NCBI GenBank assembly: GCA_963778715.1
Contig: CAVZVK010000005.1
Span: 2,698-66,697 of the forward strand
DNA length: 64,000 bases
Reading direction: 5' to 3'
Source of the DNA: an uncultured Solirubrobacterales bacterium
GTDB lineage: Bacteria; Actinomycetota; Thermoleophilia; Solirubrobacterales; 70-9
Notes under the pieces: generated by a model
The model's input: only the letters and a program-made list of their open reading frames with translations
The model's database searches: none
Told to the model about the DNA's origin: nothing
Part shown: positions 1 through 12,016 of the stretch, piece after piece
Layout: each line of letters opens with the position of its first letter
How positions within the stretch are numbered: the first letter of the stretch is position 1
Position numbers and translations under genes: made by a program

Positions 1-86
1 TGGCCAGCGCGCTGCTGGCGGTGAGCATCCCGCTCCAGACGAGTCGTTTGACGATGTCGTTATCCATACCGGTTTCGCGACCTTAC

Positions 87-687
87 CTATCGCGGCTCGA
101 GGCCGTCGCAGATCGTCGCCACGACAAGCTCCTTTGCCTGCTCGAAGTCGGTCGTCGGTCGGCCGGGATCACCTCGAAGATCCAGCCGGAGAGCAGCTGC
201 TCGATCGCCCCGTAGAACGACATCGAGGCGAAGACCGGGTCGATGTCGCGGCGGAAGGTGCCCGCCTCCTGGCCGTCGGCGACGATCTTGGCGATCGAGT
301 CATAGGCGCGGCGGATCTCGGCCAGGTGGGTGCGGCCGAAGGAGTTGGCGGCGCGGGTGACCTCGACGATGATCACCTTCATCAGCTCCGGGTCGTGGCG
401 GTAGGAGTCGACGATGAAGGCGGCGACCGCGGCCAGCTTCGCGCGGGCGACTCGGCGCTCGCGTCGGCCTCCTCGATCGCCGCCAGCAGCAGCGACCAGC
501 GCTCGCTGAAGAGCTCGTTGAGCACCTCCTCCTTGGAGTCGAAGTAGTGGTAGACGAGGCCGTAGGCGACCCCGGCCTCGTCGGCGATGTCGGAGACGCG
601 GGTCGAGTGGAAGCCCTGGCGGGCGAAGACGCGGATCGCGGCGTCGAGGATGTTGCGGCGCTTGTCGACCGGGGGCGCCTTGGCCAC
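87..687 (-). pseudogene. TetR/AcrR-family transcriptional regulator, reading frame broken by about 2 apparent frameshifts
   Basis: GTG start at 687 is preceded by GGAGG. The [43 protein letters not shown] (ORF 382..687) continues in the frame of ORF 83..838 (...[11 protein letters not shown]). A third frame ends ...[14 protein letters not shown] with TAG at 87..89. Confidence 0.8.
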
Positions 688-699
688 AGGCGCTGCACC

Positions 700-1522
700 T
701 CCGTCGAGCTGCGGCCAGGCGTAGGCGTCGGGGCCGGCGGTTGGCGAGCGAGGGAAGCGAGTCGCGGACCCGATCCTGGGCGGCGAGGTCGAGGTCGGCG
801 GCGACGAAGCACTCCTCGTCGGGAGCCGTCGCGAGCACCGACGCCCCAGGGGTCGACGATCGCCGAGTGGCCGTAGGAGCTGTAGTGCGGCGGCGCCTCG
901 CCGATCTGGTTGGGGGCGAGGACGAAGACCTGGTTCTCGATCGCCCGCGCCCGCAGCAGAACCTCCCAGTGATCGCGGCCGGTCGCCGCGGTGAAGGCCG
1001 AGGGGACGGTGATCAGCCGGGCGCCGCGGACGGCGAGGATCCGGAACAGCTCCGGGAAGCGAAGGTCGTAGCAGACGGTCAGGCCGACGCTGAGCATCGC
1101 CGATCTGCGGCGGTGACGATCTCCGAGCCCGGCTCCTCGTGCTCGGACTCGCGGTAGGCGACGCCGCCGACGTCGACGTCGAACATGTGGATCTTGCGGT
1201 AGACGGCGAGGTCGGCGCCGTCGGGGCCGATCAGGACCGAGGTGTTGAACGCCCTCTCATCGGCCCGCTCGCGAGACGCTGCCGGCGAGCAGGTGGATGC
1301 CGAGCTCGCGCGCCCATCCCCGGGCGGCGCTCAGGCTCGGGCCCGTCGAGCGGCTCGGCGCCGGCGAGCAGCTCCTCGCCGCCGGCCAGCAGGCTCCACT
1401 TCTCCGGGCAGAGCGACGAGCTCGGCGCCGTCGGCGGCGGCGGCGCGGACCAGCCGCTCGGCGGCGCCGAGGTTGCGCGCCTTGTCGGCGGTCGAGTTGA
1501 GCTGTACAGCGGCTGCCCGCAA
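700..1522 (-). pseudogene. carbon-nitrogen hydrolase (nitrilase superfamily), at least 3 apparent frameshifts, 3' end undefined
   Basis: Pieces lie in three frames: MRAAAVQLNSTADKARNLGAAERLV (ATG 1522), the catalytic-Cys block [26 protein letters not shown], and AIVDPWGV / [35 protein letters not shown]. No in-frame stop was found before the TetR start. Confidence 0.75.
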
Positions 1523-1560
1523 GCTTCTCCTCTTCGGTCTTGTTTGCGCCGCAACTGGCT

Positions 1561-1576
1561 GATTGACCAGTCAATC
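1561..1576. promoter_or_regulatory. inverted repeat GATTGAC-CA-GTCAATC upstream of the nitrilase-TetR pair (candidate TetR operator)
   Basis: 7+7 bp perfect arms with a 2-bp spacer, read directly, 39 bp upstream of the nitrilase start codon. Confidence 0.35.
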
Positions 1577-1659
1577 GGTTGAGGCCTCAGTATAGGTGGC
1601 GGGTGCGCGGCGCCTCCCCGCGCGCGACCCGGCGGAAAACGATCATGCGGGCGAGGCGC

Positions 1660-2505
1660 TCAGGACCCGATAATGCGGCCGACGATCCGGTCCCATGACT
1701 CGAGTCGGGGTGACGATCCTCAGCCGCGCCTGGACCTTCGCGTCGGCGCCGACCAGGTAGCGGGCGCGAGGGCGGCGCGCGGTCAGCGCCCTGCTCGATC
1801 GTCGAGGCGACCCGCTCGGGTGGGATCCCCCGCTCCCCGAGTTTGCGGCTCAGCCGCCGCACTGCCTCCAGCTGCTTTCCGTAAAGCTTCTCGGTGTCGG
1901 GGACGCGCTCGATCATCGCCTCGGCCTCGCGATCGACCCGCTCCCAGATCGGCGTCGCGATCGAGCCGGGCTCGACGATCGAAACCGATATTCCCCATGG
2001 CCGCAGCTCCTGGCGGAAGACGTCGCCCATCGCCTCGATCCCGAACTTGGCGACGTGGTAGGGGCCGTTCATCGGGAACGCGATGCGCCCGCCGATCGAG
2101 CTGATGAAGACGATCCGCCCGCGGGCCTCGCGGATCGAGGGGCAGCGTGGCCTTCGTCACGGCCAGCTGGCGCGACCGTGTTGACCTCGAGCTGCCGCCG
2201 GAAGTCCTCGATCGGGATCGTCTCGAGCGGCCCGGGGACGACGATGCCCGCGTTGTTGACGAGCCCGTCGAGGCCTGCGCCGTCGGTCTCCGCCGCGACC
2301 TGCGCCGCGGCGGCGTCGATCTGCGCCGGCGTCGGTCACGTCGAGGATCAGCGGAACCAGGCGCTCCGAGCCGGCCTCGCGGAGGGAGTCCGCGTCGGCA
2401 TCCCGGCGCACGCCGGCGAAGACCCGCCAGCCCGGCGGAGTCGAGTCGCAGCGCTGTGGCGCGGCCGATCCCCGTCGAGGCGCCGGTGACCAGGGCCGAG
2501 GGCAC
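1660..2505 (-). pseudogene. short-chain dehydrogenase/reductase (SDR), at least 4 apparent frameshifts
   Basis: GTG at 2505 gives PSALVTGASTGIGRATALRL. The NNAGIVVPGP block and the YxxxK block NGPYHVAKFGIEAMGDVFRQEL follow. The C-terminus reads ...DRIVGRIIGS with TGA at 1660..1662. Segments are spread over ORFs 1783..2505, 2157..2411 and 1587..2072. Confidence 0.8.
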
Positions 2506-2554
2506 CCGCGCAGGCTATCGGGAGCGAGGGCCGGCGTGCCGATGCACGTAACCT

Positions 2555-5500
2555 GTGCAAACCATGGTCGAGATCGGCAAAGACGACGCCGAGCGCAAGC
2601 AGGTGACGGTGCTGTTCGCCGACGTCAAGGGGTCGATGGACCTGGCCGAGCAGCACGACCCCGAGGAGTGGCGCAAGATCATGCAGCGCTTCTTCTCGAT
2701 CCTCGCCGAGGCGGTCGAGCGCTTCGAGGGCACGGTCGACAAGTTCACCGGCGACGGGATCATGGCCGTCTTCGGCGCCCCGGTCGCCCACGAGGACCAT
2801 GCCCGGCGGGCCTGCTACGCGGCGCTGCAGATGCTCGACGACGTCGCCGAGTACGCGGCCGAGCTGCGCCGCGAGCAGAGCCTCAACTTCTCGATCCGGA
2901 TCGGGATCAACTCCGGCGAGGTCGTCGCCGGGGCGATCGGCGACGGCAGCGAGGGCGACTACACGGCGATCGGCCACACGGTCGGCCTGGCGCAGCGGAT
3001 GGAGGCGCTGGCCGAGCCGGGCAAGGCGTACCTGACCGAGCACACCGCCGAGCTGGCCGCCGGCTTCCTCGACCTCGAGCGACCTCGGCGAGTTCGAGAT
3101 CAAGGGGGCGAGCCGGCCGGTCAGGGTCTTCGAGCTGGCCGGCGTCGGCGCGGCGCGCTCGCGCCTCGACCTCTCGCGCGAGCGCGGCTTCTCGCGCTTC
3201 GTCGGCCGCGACCGACGAGATGGACGATCTTCGAGGAGGCGCTGGCCGGGCCGAGGAGGGCGAGGGCGGCGTCGTCGGCATCGTCGCCGAGCCGGGCGTC
3301 GGCAAGAGCCGGCTCTGCCACGAGTTCGCCGAGCGCTGCCGCGGCGCAGGGGATCGAGGTCTTCGAAGCCAGGCGCAATCGCACGGCAAGTCGATCCCCT
3401 TCATGCCGGTGCTGCAGATGATGCGCGCCTACTTCGGCATCGACGACGCGCGAGCCGGAACGGCTCGCCCGCGAGAAGATCGCCGGCCGGGCGCTGCTGC
3501 TCGACCCCGAGTTCGCCGAGGACCTGCCGCTGCTCTTCGACTTCCTCGGCGTCCCCGATCCCGACCGGCCCGTGCCCCAGATGAGCGCCGAGGCGCGGCA
3601 GCGGGCGCTCGGCGGAGTCGTCTGCCGCCTCCTCAAGCGCCCAACCGGCGCGACACCGTCGTCATCCTGGTCGAGGACCTGCACTGGATCGACGAGGGCA
3701 GCGACGGATGCTGGGCGAGCTGGTCGCCTCGGTCGAGGGCACGCGGACGCTGGCGATCGTCAACTTCCGCCCCGAATACACGCCCGACTGGGACGCGAGC
3801 TCCTATCTACCAGGTCGCGCTCGAGCCCCTGGGCGAGGCCGACACCCGCGAGCTGCTGCGCGACCTGGCCGGCGAGGACCCCTCGCTCGACGGGCTCGAG
3901 GAGCTGATCCACGAGCGAACCCAGGGCAACCCGTTCTTCATCGAGGAGATCGTCCGCGAGCTGGCCGAGGCCGGCTACCTGGAGGGGGAGCGCGGCGCCT
4001 ACCGGCTGGCCCGCCCGGTCGAGGACACCGGCGTGCCGGTCACCGTGCAGGCGATCCTCGCCGCGCGGATCGACCGGCTCGATCCCGACGCCAAGCAGCT
4101 CCTGCAGGTCGCCTCGGTGGTCGGCAAGGAGCTCGGCGCGCGGGCGCTGCGGCTGACCGCCGGGCTCGAGGAGGAGGAGATGGAGCCGGCCCTCTGCGAG
4201 CTGACCGACGCCGGCTTCCTCTACGAAGCCGAGCTCTACCCGGAACGGGTCCTCGCCTTCCGCCATCCGCTGACCCGCGAGGTCGCCTACGGCACCCAGC
4301 TGGCCGAGCGGCGAGCGGCCACCCACGCCGCCGCGGCGCGGGCGATGATCGAGCTCGACCCCGACCGCCACGACGAGCTGGCGGCGCTGGTCGCCCAGCA
4401 CATGGAGGAGGGCGGCGAGACCCTGGAAGCGGCGCGCTGGTCGGCCGCGCCGCCTACTGGGCCGGCAGCAGCCAGCCGGCCGAGGCGCTGCGGCTCTGGC
4501 AGAAGGTGACGAGCTGGCCGACGAGCTCGAGGACGGCCGAGGAGACGACCGCGCTGGCGGTCACCTCGCGCCTGCTAGCAGCTCGACTTCGCCTGGCGCC
4601 TCGGAATGGACCCCGAGGAGGAACGGCGGCTGGCCGCCGAGGCCGAGGAGATCGCGACGCGGACCGGCGACCTGCGCTCGCTGGCGCTGCTGCGGATGGC
4701 CACCGGCGCCCGCCCGGCCTGGTCGCAGAGACACTGACGAATGGATCGCCGCGGCCGAGGAGGCGATCCGCCTCGCCGACGAGTCGGGCGACCTGCACCT
4801 GCGCGTCGCGATCCGCGGCGCGCGGCGTCCTACGCGTACCTCTGCGCCGGCGACCTCGACGGCTTCGAGCGGACGCTCGACGAGATGCTCGAGCTGGCCG
4901 GCGGACGACCGCCGACGGGCGCCGGGATCGTGATCGGCAGCCCGGTCGCCTGGGCGCTGATGGCCAAGGACGGTGCGCGGGAGCGCGGCCGATTCGAGGA
5001 GGCCGAAAGCGCTGCTCGACGCGGCGCTGCGCATCGCCGACGAGGCCGAGCGACCCCGAGACCGCCAGCTGGATCCGCGGCACCCAGGCGCTGCTGAGGA
5101 GCGACGCAGGGCGACATCGAGGGCGGCGGTCGCGCTGGCCCGCCGCAACTGCGAGCTGACCGAACGGCTCGGCGACGTCTTCTCGCGCAGCCTCGCCCTC
5201 GAACTCGAACCTCGCCGACGTCGCAGCTCGCCGCCGGGGACTTCGCGGCGGCCCTGGAGTCGATCGAGGAGGCGGAGCGCCTCTACCGCGAGGCGATGGG
5301 CAACGGCGGCGAGATCGAGGCCTGGCGCGGGCCTCCGGGCCGAAGCACTGCTCGGCGTGGGCCGCGTCGAGGAGGCGATCGAGGTGGCCGAGTGGCCGTG
5401 AGGTCGCCGCGAACGGGGCATGTCTGGTCGCTGCCGCCTCGGCCTGCTGGCGCTGGCCCGGGCGCGGGCGGCGGCCGGCGCGCCCGGCGGCACACGAGGC

Positions 5501-5609
5501 CCTCGACGAGGGGGCCGCGATGGCCGAGAGACACGGACGTCACGGTGACCCTGCGCCGAGATCGAAGCCGAGCGCGACTCGCTCGCCGCCGGCGCGGGCG
5601 AGCGCCTGA
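2555..5609 (+). pseudogene. class III adenylate/guanylate cyclase fused to an AAA/STAND ATPase and a TPR-like C-terminal region, many apparent frameshifts
   Basis: Cyclase motifs VTVLFADVKGS and FTGDGIMAVFGAP (ORF 2555..3421). Walker A IVAEPGVGKSRL, VILVEDLHWIDEGS and NPFFIEEIVRELAEAGYL (ORF 2536..4509). Helical repeats continue in shifting frames to about 5609. Confidence 0.8.
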
Positions 5610-5614
5610 CCGCG

Positions 5615-6598
5615 ATGGCCGAGGCCAGCCTTCGTAACCGGCGGCTCGGGCTTCATCGGCGGCCGGCTGATCGAGCGCCTGGTCGGCGAGGGCCGGCCGG
5701 TGCGGGCGCTGGCGCGCTCCGAGGCGGCCGCGGCCAAGGTCGAGGCGCTCGGCGCCGAGGCGGTGCGCGGCGACCTCGGCGACCGCGCCTCGCTCGCCGC
5801 CGGCGCCGCCGGCTGCGACGTCGCCTTCCACCTCGCCGCCCACCTCGGCGAGTGGGGGCCGTGGGAGGACTTCGAGCGCGGCAACGTCGAGGGCACCCGC
5901 AACGCGCTCGCCGCCTGCGAAGAGGCCGGCGTGCGGCGCTTCGTCCACTGCGGCACCGAGGCGGCGCTGATGGCCGGCGAGCCGCTCGTCCACGTCGACG
6001 AGACGGCGCCGCTGCGGCCCGGACTCGCGGGCCCCCTACCCGGCGACCAAGGCGAAGGCCGAGCTGGCCGTCCGCGAGGCCGAGCCGCGACGGCTTCGAG
6101 ACCGTCGTGGTGCGGCCCCGGTTCGTCTGGGGCAAGGGCGACACGACGCTGCTGCCGGAGATGGTGAAGACGGTCGAGGCGGGCAAATTCGCCTGGGTCG
6201 GCGGCGGCCGCAACGTGACCGACACCGCCCACGTCGACAACGTCGTCGAGGGCCTGCTCCTCGCCGCCGAGAAGGGCCGGCCCGGCGAGGCCTACTTCGT
6301 CACCGACGGCGAGCCGGTCGTCTTCCGCGAGTTCGTCACCGCGATGCTGCGAGACCCAGGGCGTCGAGCCGCCCGACCGCAGCCTGCCCGCCTGGACCGC
6401 GGCGCCCGCTGGCCCGCGTCTGCGAGGCGGCCTGGAAGCTGCCTGCCCCTCCGGGCGAGCCGCCGATGACCAAGTTCCGCTCCTGGATCCTGACCCAGGA
6501 GTGCACGATCGACATCTCCAAGGCGCGCGAGGAGCTCGGCTACGAGCCCCTCGTCACCCACGAGCAGGGCCTGGCGGAGATGCGCGAGCGTAGCCTAG
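5615..6598 (+). pseudogene. NAD-dependent epimerase/dehydratase family protein, about 3 apparent frameshifts
   Basis: AFVTGGSGFIGGRLIERL Rossmann motif; later VVVRPRFVWGKGDT and AYFVTDGEPVVFREF; C-terminus [23 protein letters not shown]. The exact stop is unclear because TAGs at 6591 and 6596 are out of frame. Confidence 0.7.
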
Positions 6599-7309
6599 CG
6601 GCGCGGCGCGGTGGCGCTCGAGCTCGGCGACCATCAGCTTGGTGTGCAGGGCGGCGATCAGGTCCTGGAGGGGCTGGGCGCCGGCTTCGAGCATCTCGAC
6701 CACGCGCTCGGGCGAGACCTCGCCGGCGAGGCGGTCCATCACCATCTCGACCTCCTCGCGGACCAGGTCTTCGAGGGCGCTCTTGTAGCGCAGGGTGTCG
6801 TAGACGGTGAAGCCGATCTCCTCGTCGTAGCCGCCGGCGCGGAAGCGGCTGATCGCCTCGATGATCTTCACGTCGGAGGGCGAGTAGCCGCGGCTGTTGG
6901 GGCTCAGCACCTCGAGCTTCTCGAGCCGGTCGAGCACCTCCTTGGGGACGCCGTAGCGCTCGCGCACCTCGGCGGCGCTGGTCCGGGTGCGCTCGCCGGC
7001 CAGGGCGCGGTCGAGGATGCGGTCCTCGAGCTCGACCAGGGCGCGGGCGCGCTCGGGGTCCTCGTCGAGCACCGACTTGATCGCCTTCAGCGGCATGAAG
7101 CGCTCCTCCTGCAGCTGCTTGATCAGCTTGATCCGGTCGACGAACTCGGGCGGGTAGTAGGCCATGTTGCGGCTGGTCTTGACCGGCTCGGGCAGCAGGC
7201 CCTCGCGCAGGTAGTGCTTGATCGTCGGCGCCGGCACGCCGGAGGCCTCGGCCAGCTCGCCCATCCGCAGCAGCCGTCCGCCGGTCTTGCGCCGTTGGCC
7301 CGGGCTCAT
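6554..7309 (-). CDS. MerR-family transcriptional regulator
   Basis: ATG at 7309. [32 protein letters not shown] plus a long helical C-terminal part. It forms the lower part of fused ORF 6554..7588. The last few residues are uncertain. Confidence 0.8.
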   Translation of the reverse strand: MSPGQRRKTGGRLLRMGELAEASGVPAPTIKHYLREGLLPEPVKTSRNMAYYPPEFVDRIKLIKQLQEERFMPLKAIKSVLDEDPERARALVELEDRILDRALAGERTRTSAAEVRERYGVPKEVLDRLEKLEVLSPNSRGYSPSDVKIIEAISRFRAGGYDEEIGFTVYDTLRYKSALEDLVREEVEMVMDRLAGEVSPERVVEMLEAGAQPLQDLIAALHTKLMVAELERHRAAPLGYARASPPGPARG

Positions 7310-8544
7310 GCGCGGAACGTGGTCGCGGCGTCGGCGCTGGGGCCCGGCGGCGGCGCCGGACTCGAGCATCGCCGCGATCTCCTCGTCGGAGTAGCCGGCC
7401 TCGCGCAGGACCTCGTCGGTGTGCTCGCCGAAGGCCGGCGCCGGCCGGGTCGGGTCGCCGGGGGTGCGGCTCAGCTTCACCGGGACGCCGAGCTGGCGCA
7501 CCGGGCCGAGGCCCGGCTGCTCCATCTCGACCACCATCTCGCGGGCGCGGACCAGCTCGGAGTCGAGCGCCTCGTCGATGTCGAGCACCGGCTCGATGCA
7601 GCAGTCGTGCTCGTCGTTGAAGGCCTTCCACTCGTCGCGGGTGCGTGCGCGGAAGACCTCGGCGACCTGGCGCCAGCCGTCGGAGCCCGGCGGCTCGAAC
7701 TGCTCCTCGATCAGGTCGGGGCGCTCGACCCCGTTGCAGAAGGCGGCCCAGAACTTCGGCTCGAGCGCGCCGCAGCGTGACCCAGCCGTCGGCCGCCTCG
7801 TAGGGCAGGTAGCAGACGCAGGCCGCCGGCGAGCTGCTGCTCGCCGCGCCGCGGCACCTCGCCGTCGCAGAAGTAGCGGCCGGCGACCATCGCCAGCCAG
7901 GAGAGGGCGCCGTCGGCCATCGAGACGTCGACCATCTGGCCCTCGCCGGAGCGCTGGCGCTCGTGCAGCGCCGCCATCACCCCGAAGGCGGCCATCAGCG
8001 CGCCGCCGCCGAGGTCGGCGATCTGGCCGCCGGACTGCACCGGCGGCCCGTCCTTGGCGCCGGTCAGGCCGAGCAGGCCGACCAGGCCGAGGTAGTTCAT
8101 GTCGTGGCCGGCGCGCTGGGTGTAGGGGCCGTCCTGGCCGTAGCCGGTGATCGCGCAGAAGACGATCGCCGGGTTGGCCTCGCGCATGCGCTCGTAGCCG
8201 ACGCCGAGCCGGTCGAGCACGCCCGGGGCGGAAGCCGTCGAGGACGACGTCGTAGCGCTCGACCAGGCGCAGCAGCGCCTCGCGCCCCTGCTCGCTCTTG
8301 AGGTCGAGGCGGATCGAGCGCTTGCCGCGGTTGAGCGCGAGGTAGAGCGCCGAGCGCGTGCCCAGCTCCTGCTGCTCGTCCTGCCGTAGTAGGGCGGCGC
8401 CCAGCGGATGTAGTCGCCCATGCCGGTGTCCTCGACCTTGAGCACCTCGGCGCCGAGGTCGGCGAGCAGCAGCGAGCAGAAGCCGCCCGGCAGCAGCCGG
8501 GTGAGGTCGAGGACCTTGACGTCGCTAAGCGGGAGAGCGCTCAC
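7306..8544 (-). pseudogene. family III CoA-transferase (CaiB/BaiF type), about 3 apparent frameshifts
   Basis: GTG at 8544 gives [37 protein letters not shown]. Then [18 protein letters not shown]. The C-terminal piece [15 protein letters not shown]...[10 protein letters not shown] lies in ORF 6554..7588. The likely stop overlaps the MerR ATG (ATGA). Confidence 0.8.
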
Positions 8545-9425
8545 GCTTCGGCACTCCCAGCAGCTCGCGCGCCTCGGCGACGCGTGGCGGCGCGGCGGCC
8601 GACGTCCTCGGCCATCTGGCGCGCCTTGGCGATCAGGTCGCCGTTGGAGCTCGCACATCTCGCCGTTCGGCAGGTAGAGGTTGTCCTCGACCCCGGCGCG
8701 GACGTTGCCGCCCAGCACCAGCGAGGCGCCGAGCAGCTTCCACTGGTCGCGGGAGATGCCGATCACCTGCCACTGGTTCGGTCGCCCTCGGCGCCGCCGG
8801 GGATCTGGTCGGACATCAGGGCGACGTTGCGCGGCGTCGGCCGGATGCCGCCGTTGACCCCCATCACCAGCGAGATCTGCAGCGGCGTGCGCTCCAGCAG
8901 GCCCATGTCGATCAGCGGGTCGAGGTTGGCGACGTGGCCGGAGTCGAAGCACTCGTGCTCGGGCTTGATCCCGAGCTCCCGCATCGCGGTGAGGAACTCG
9001 ATGATCGTGTCGAAGCTGTTCTCGAAGACCGCCTTGAAGACGAAGTCCTTGCGCCGCTGGGAGTACTTGGCGTAGTTCATCGAGCTCATGTTGAGCGCGG
9101 CGACGTCGGGCCGCAGCGCCCGCAGGTACTCGATCCGCTTCTCGATCGGGATCCCGATCGCGCCGGTCGAGTAGTTGACGATCACGTCGCCGACCTCGGC
9201 CAGGATCGCCTCGGTGATCGCGCGGAAGTCCTCGATCTCATAGGACGGCGTGCCGTCGGGCTTGCGGGCGTGGATGTGGATCTGCGAGGCGCCCTCGTCG
9301 ACCGCCCGCCGCGCCTCGGCCGCGTACTCCTCCGGCGTGTAGGGGATCGCCGGGCACTGGTCGCGGTTGGCGATCACCCCGCTGATCGAGCAGCTGATGA
9401 CCACCGGGTCGTCGAACGAGCTCAC
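8525..9425 (-). pseudogene. 3-keto-5-aminohexanoate cleavage enzyme family (BKACE/DUF849), about 2 apparent frameshifts
   Basis: GGAGGG lies 7 nt upstream of GTG 9425. The sequence SSFDDPVVISCSISGVIANRDQCPAIPYTPEEYAAEARRAVDEGASQIHIH...[12 protein letters not shown] continues across ORFs 8763..9425 and 7711..8952. TAG at 8525..8527. Confidence 0.7.
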
Positions 9426-9484
9426 TCTTCTCCCTCCTGGGGCGAGTTATCCGTGTATATGACGGGAAAGTCGCCCCGCCGCCG

Positions 9485-11081
9485 TCATACCGGCATCACC
9501 CCGTGGCGCTTCTTGCGGCTTCTCGACGTGCTTGTCTTTCGGCCATGCGCAGGGCCTTGACGATCGTCGGGCGCGTCTCGCGCGGGTCGATGACGTCGTC
9601 GATCACGGCGTTGCCGGCGGCGATGTAGGGGTCGATCTGCTCGCGGACCGCGTTCAGCATCGCCTCGCGGGTCGCCTCCGGGTCGTCGGAGGCCTCGATC
9701 GTCGAGCGGCCGATGATGTTCGACCGCGCCCTCGGCGCCCATCACCGAGATCTCGGCGCCCGGCCAGGCGACGATCAGGTCCGGCTCGTAGGCCTTGCCG
9801 CACATCACGTAGTAGCCGGCGCCGTAGGCCTTGCGCACGACCACGGTCACCTTCGGCACCGTGGCGCGGCTGACCGCGTAGAGCATCTTCGCGCCGTGGC
9901 GGATGATCCCGGCGTGCTCGACCTTGGCGCCGACCATGAAGCCGGGCACGTCCTGGAGGAAGACGAGCGGGATGTTGAAGGCGTCGCAGAGGTTGATGAA
10001 GCGCGCCGCCTTGTCGGCCGAGTCGTTGTCGAGGATGCCGGCCAGCTGCTTGGGCTGGTTGGCGACGATCCCGGCCGGCTGGCCGCCGAAGCGGGCGAAG
10101 CAGGTGATCAGCGTCTTGGCGAACTTCGGCTTGATGTCGAACAACTCGCCGTCGTCGACGATCTCGCGGATCACGTCGTACATGTCGTAGGGCTGGCGCG
10201 AGGAGTCGGGGACGATCTCCATCAGCTTCTCCGACATGCGGTCGTCGGGGTCGGCAGCTCTCGATGCACCGGCGGCTTCTCCTCGCAGTTGGCCGGGAAG
10301 TAGGAGAGGTACTGCTTGACCGCTCGATGCACTCCTCGTCGTCCTTGACCTCGAGGTCGCCGACGCCGGATTTGCGGCAGTGGACCTTGGCGCCGCCGAG
10401 CTCCTCCATCGAGATGTCCTCGCCGGTGACCGCTTTGGTCAGGTGCGGGCCGGCGAGCGCCATCGCGCCCTGGCCGGAGACCATCGGCACGAAGTCGGCG
10501 AGCGCCGGGATGTAGGCGGTGCCGGCCGCGCAGGGGCCCATCATCGCCGCGACCATCGGGATCACGCCCGACATTTCGACCTCCTCGCGGAAGAGGTGGC
10601 CGGAGCCGGCGAAGAGCGAGCCCGCCGCCTCCTGGATGCGGGCGCCGGCCGAGTCGAGCAGCCAGATGAAGGGCATCCGCTTGGAGAGCGCCATCTCGCG
10701 CAGGCGGGTGACCTTGAGCTCGCCGGTCATCCCCATCGAGCCGGCCATCACGGTGAAGTCGTAGGCGGCGACGCAGCAGGGGCGGCCGTCGACGTCGCCC
10801 CAGCCGGTGATCACGCCGTCGGCCGGCGCCTCCTTGCCCTCCATCGCCCGCTGGGCGAAGTGGGGGCGGCCGTGGATGCCCATCTCGACGAAGGTGCCCT
10901 CGTCGACCAGCAGGTCGATCCGCTCGCGGGCGGTCAGCTTGCCGCGCTCGTGCTGCTTGGCGATCTTCTCCTCGCCGCCGCCGAGCTTCGCCTTCTCGCG
11001 CCGCTCGTGCAGCTGCTCGGTCAGCTCGCCCAGCGGGGCCGTGCCCGGCAGCAGGTGCTTGGTCTCCTGATCAGTCGCCAC
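9485..11081 (-). pseudogene. acyl-CoA carboxylase carboxyltransferase (PccB/AccD5-like beta subunit), about 3 apparent frameshifts
   Basis: GTG at 11081. KLTARERIDLLVDEGTFVE, DFTVMAGSMG and AAMMGPCAGTAY-like blocks (ORF 9654..11585), then GIVANQPKQLAGILD...VVVRKAYGAGYYVM. The C-terminal ...KKRHGVMPV is typical of this family (ORF 9485..10237). Confidence 0.8.
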
Positions 11082-11866
11082 TACCGTCCCTTCCACTGCG
11101 GATCGCGTTTCTCGAAGAATGCGCGTGACGCCCTCGACGATGTCCTCGGTCGAGAAGGTGAGCGAGAGCTGCGAGCGCAGGTACTCGAGCGCGTCGTCGA
11201 CCGCCATGTCCTGCTGGCGGTACATCGCGTCGTGGCCGAGCCGCATCAGCACCGGGCTCTTGGAGGCGAGCTTCGTCGCCCAGTCGGCGACCGCGGCGTC
11301 GAACTCGCCGGCCGGGACGACCTTGTTGGCGAGCCCGTACTCGACCGCCTGCTCGGCGCTCAGCCGCTCGCCCAGCAGCATCATCTCGTTGACCTTCTTG
11401 CGCGGGACGTTGCGGTAGATGATCGCCATGATCATGTAGGGGAAGGCGCCGACGTTGATCTCCGGCGTGCCGAAGGTGGCGCCCTCTTTGGCGATCACCA
11501 GGTCGCAGGAGAGGGCGAGGCCCATCCCGCCCGCCAGGACGTGGCCGTTGGCCGCGCAGAGGGAGGGCTTGCCGAGGCGCGGCATCAGCCGGAAAAATTC
11601 GAGGAAGAGGTCGGTGGCGAAGTGTTTGGCGACGAGCGGAACGTCGGCGGCGAAGCCACCCGAGGTCCGCCCCGGCGCAGAAGACTTTGTCGCCCGCGCC
11701 CGGTGAGGACGACCGCGCGCACCTCCTCGGCGTCGCGCGCCGTCTTCATCGCGTCGACCAGCTCGGCCAGCATCTGCCCGGAGAGCATGTTGCGCTTCTC
11801 CGGGTTGTTCAGCGTCACCGTGGCGACGCCGTCGGCGACCTCGTACTTGACGACCTCGTAGTCCAT
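11081..11866 (-). pseudogene. enoyl-CoA hydratase/isomerase (crotonase) family, at least 2 apparent frameshifts
   Basis: MDYEVVKYEVADGVATVTLNNPEKRNML (ATG 11866). Then AANGHVLAGGMGLALSCDLVIA and FGTPEINVG (upper part of ORF 9654..11585). A shifted frame ends RAFFEKRDPQWKGR with TAG at 11081..11083. Confidence 0.8.
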
Positions 11867-11925
11867 CGAGGCGAGACCATAGCCGAACCGCGCTGAAAGT
11901 AGGAAGTGCTACTGTCCACCCGCAC

Positions 11926-11988
11926 GACGTGTCTGAGTTTAGGCCGCCGCATATGGACGGCCCAGAAGATCAGACACCCCCTGCCGAT
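11926..11988. repeat. nested-hairpin element, copy A (outer stem GTGTCTGA/TCAGACAC, inner stem GGCCG/CGGCC)
   Basis: Read directly: GACGTGTCTGAGTTTA-GGCCGccgcatatggaCGGCC-cagaagaTCAGACACCCCC. It lies in the divergent region between the crotonase and ACAD genes. A second copy is at 42525..42580. Confidence 0.6.
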
Positions 11989-12016
11989 CACGAACTGCGA
12001 ACGAGGAGAGAGACCA

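Noticed and set aside
6554-11585. ORFs 6554..7588 and 9654..11585, read as single proteins
   Set aside because: Both fuse the C-terminus of one gene to the next gene because a stop is lost or skipped by a frameshift (CoA-transferase tail plus MerR; crotonase tail plus carboxyltransferase). I split them at the internal start codons 7309 and 11081.
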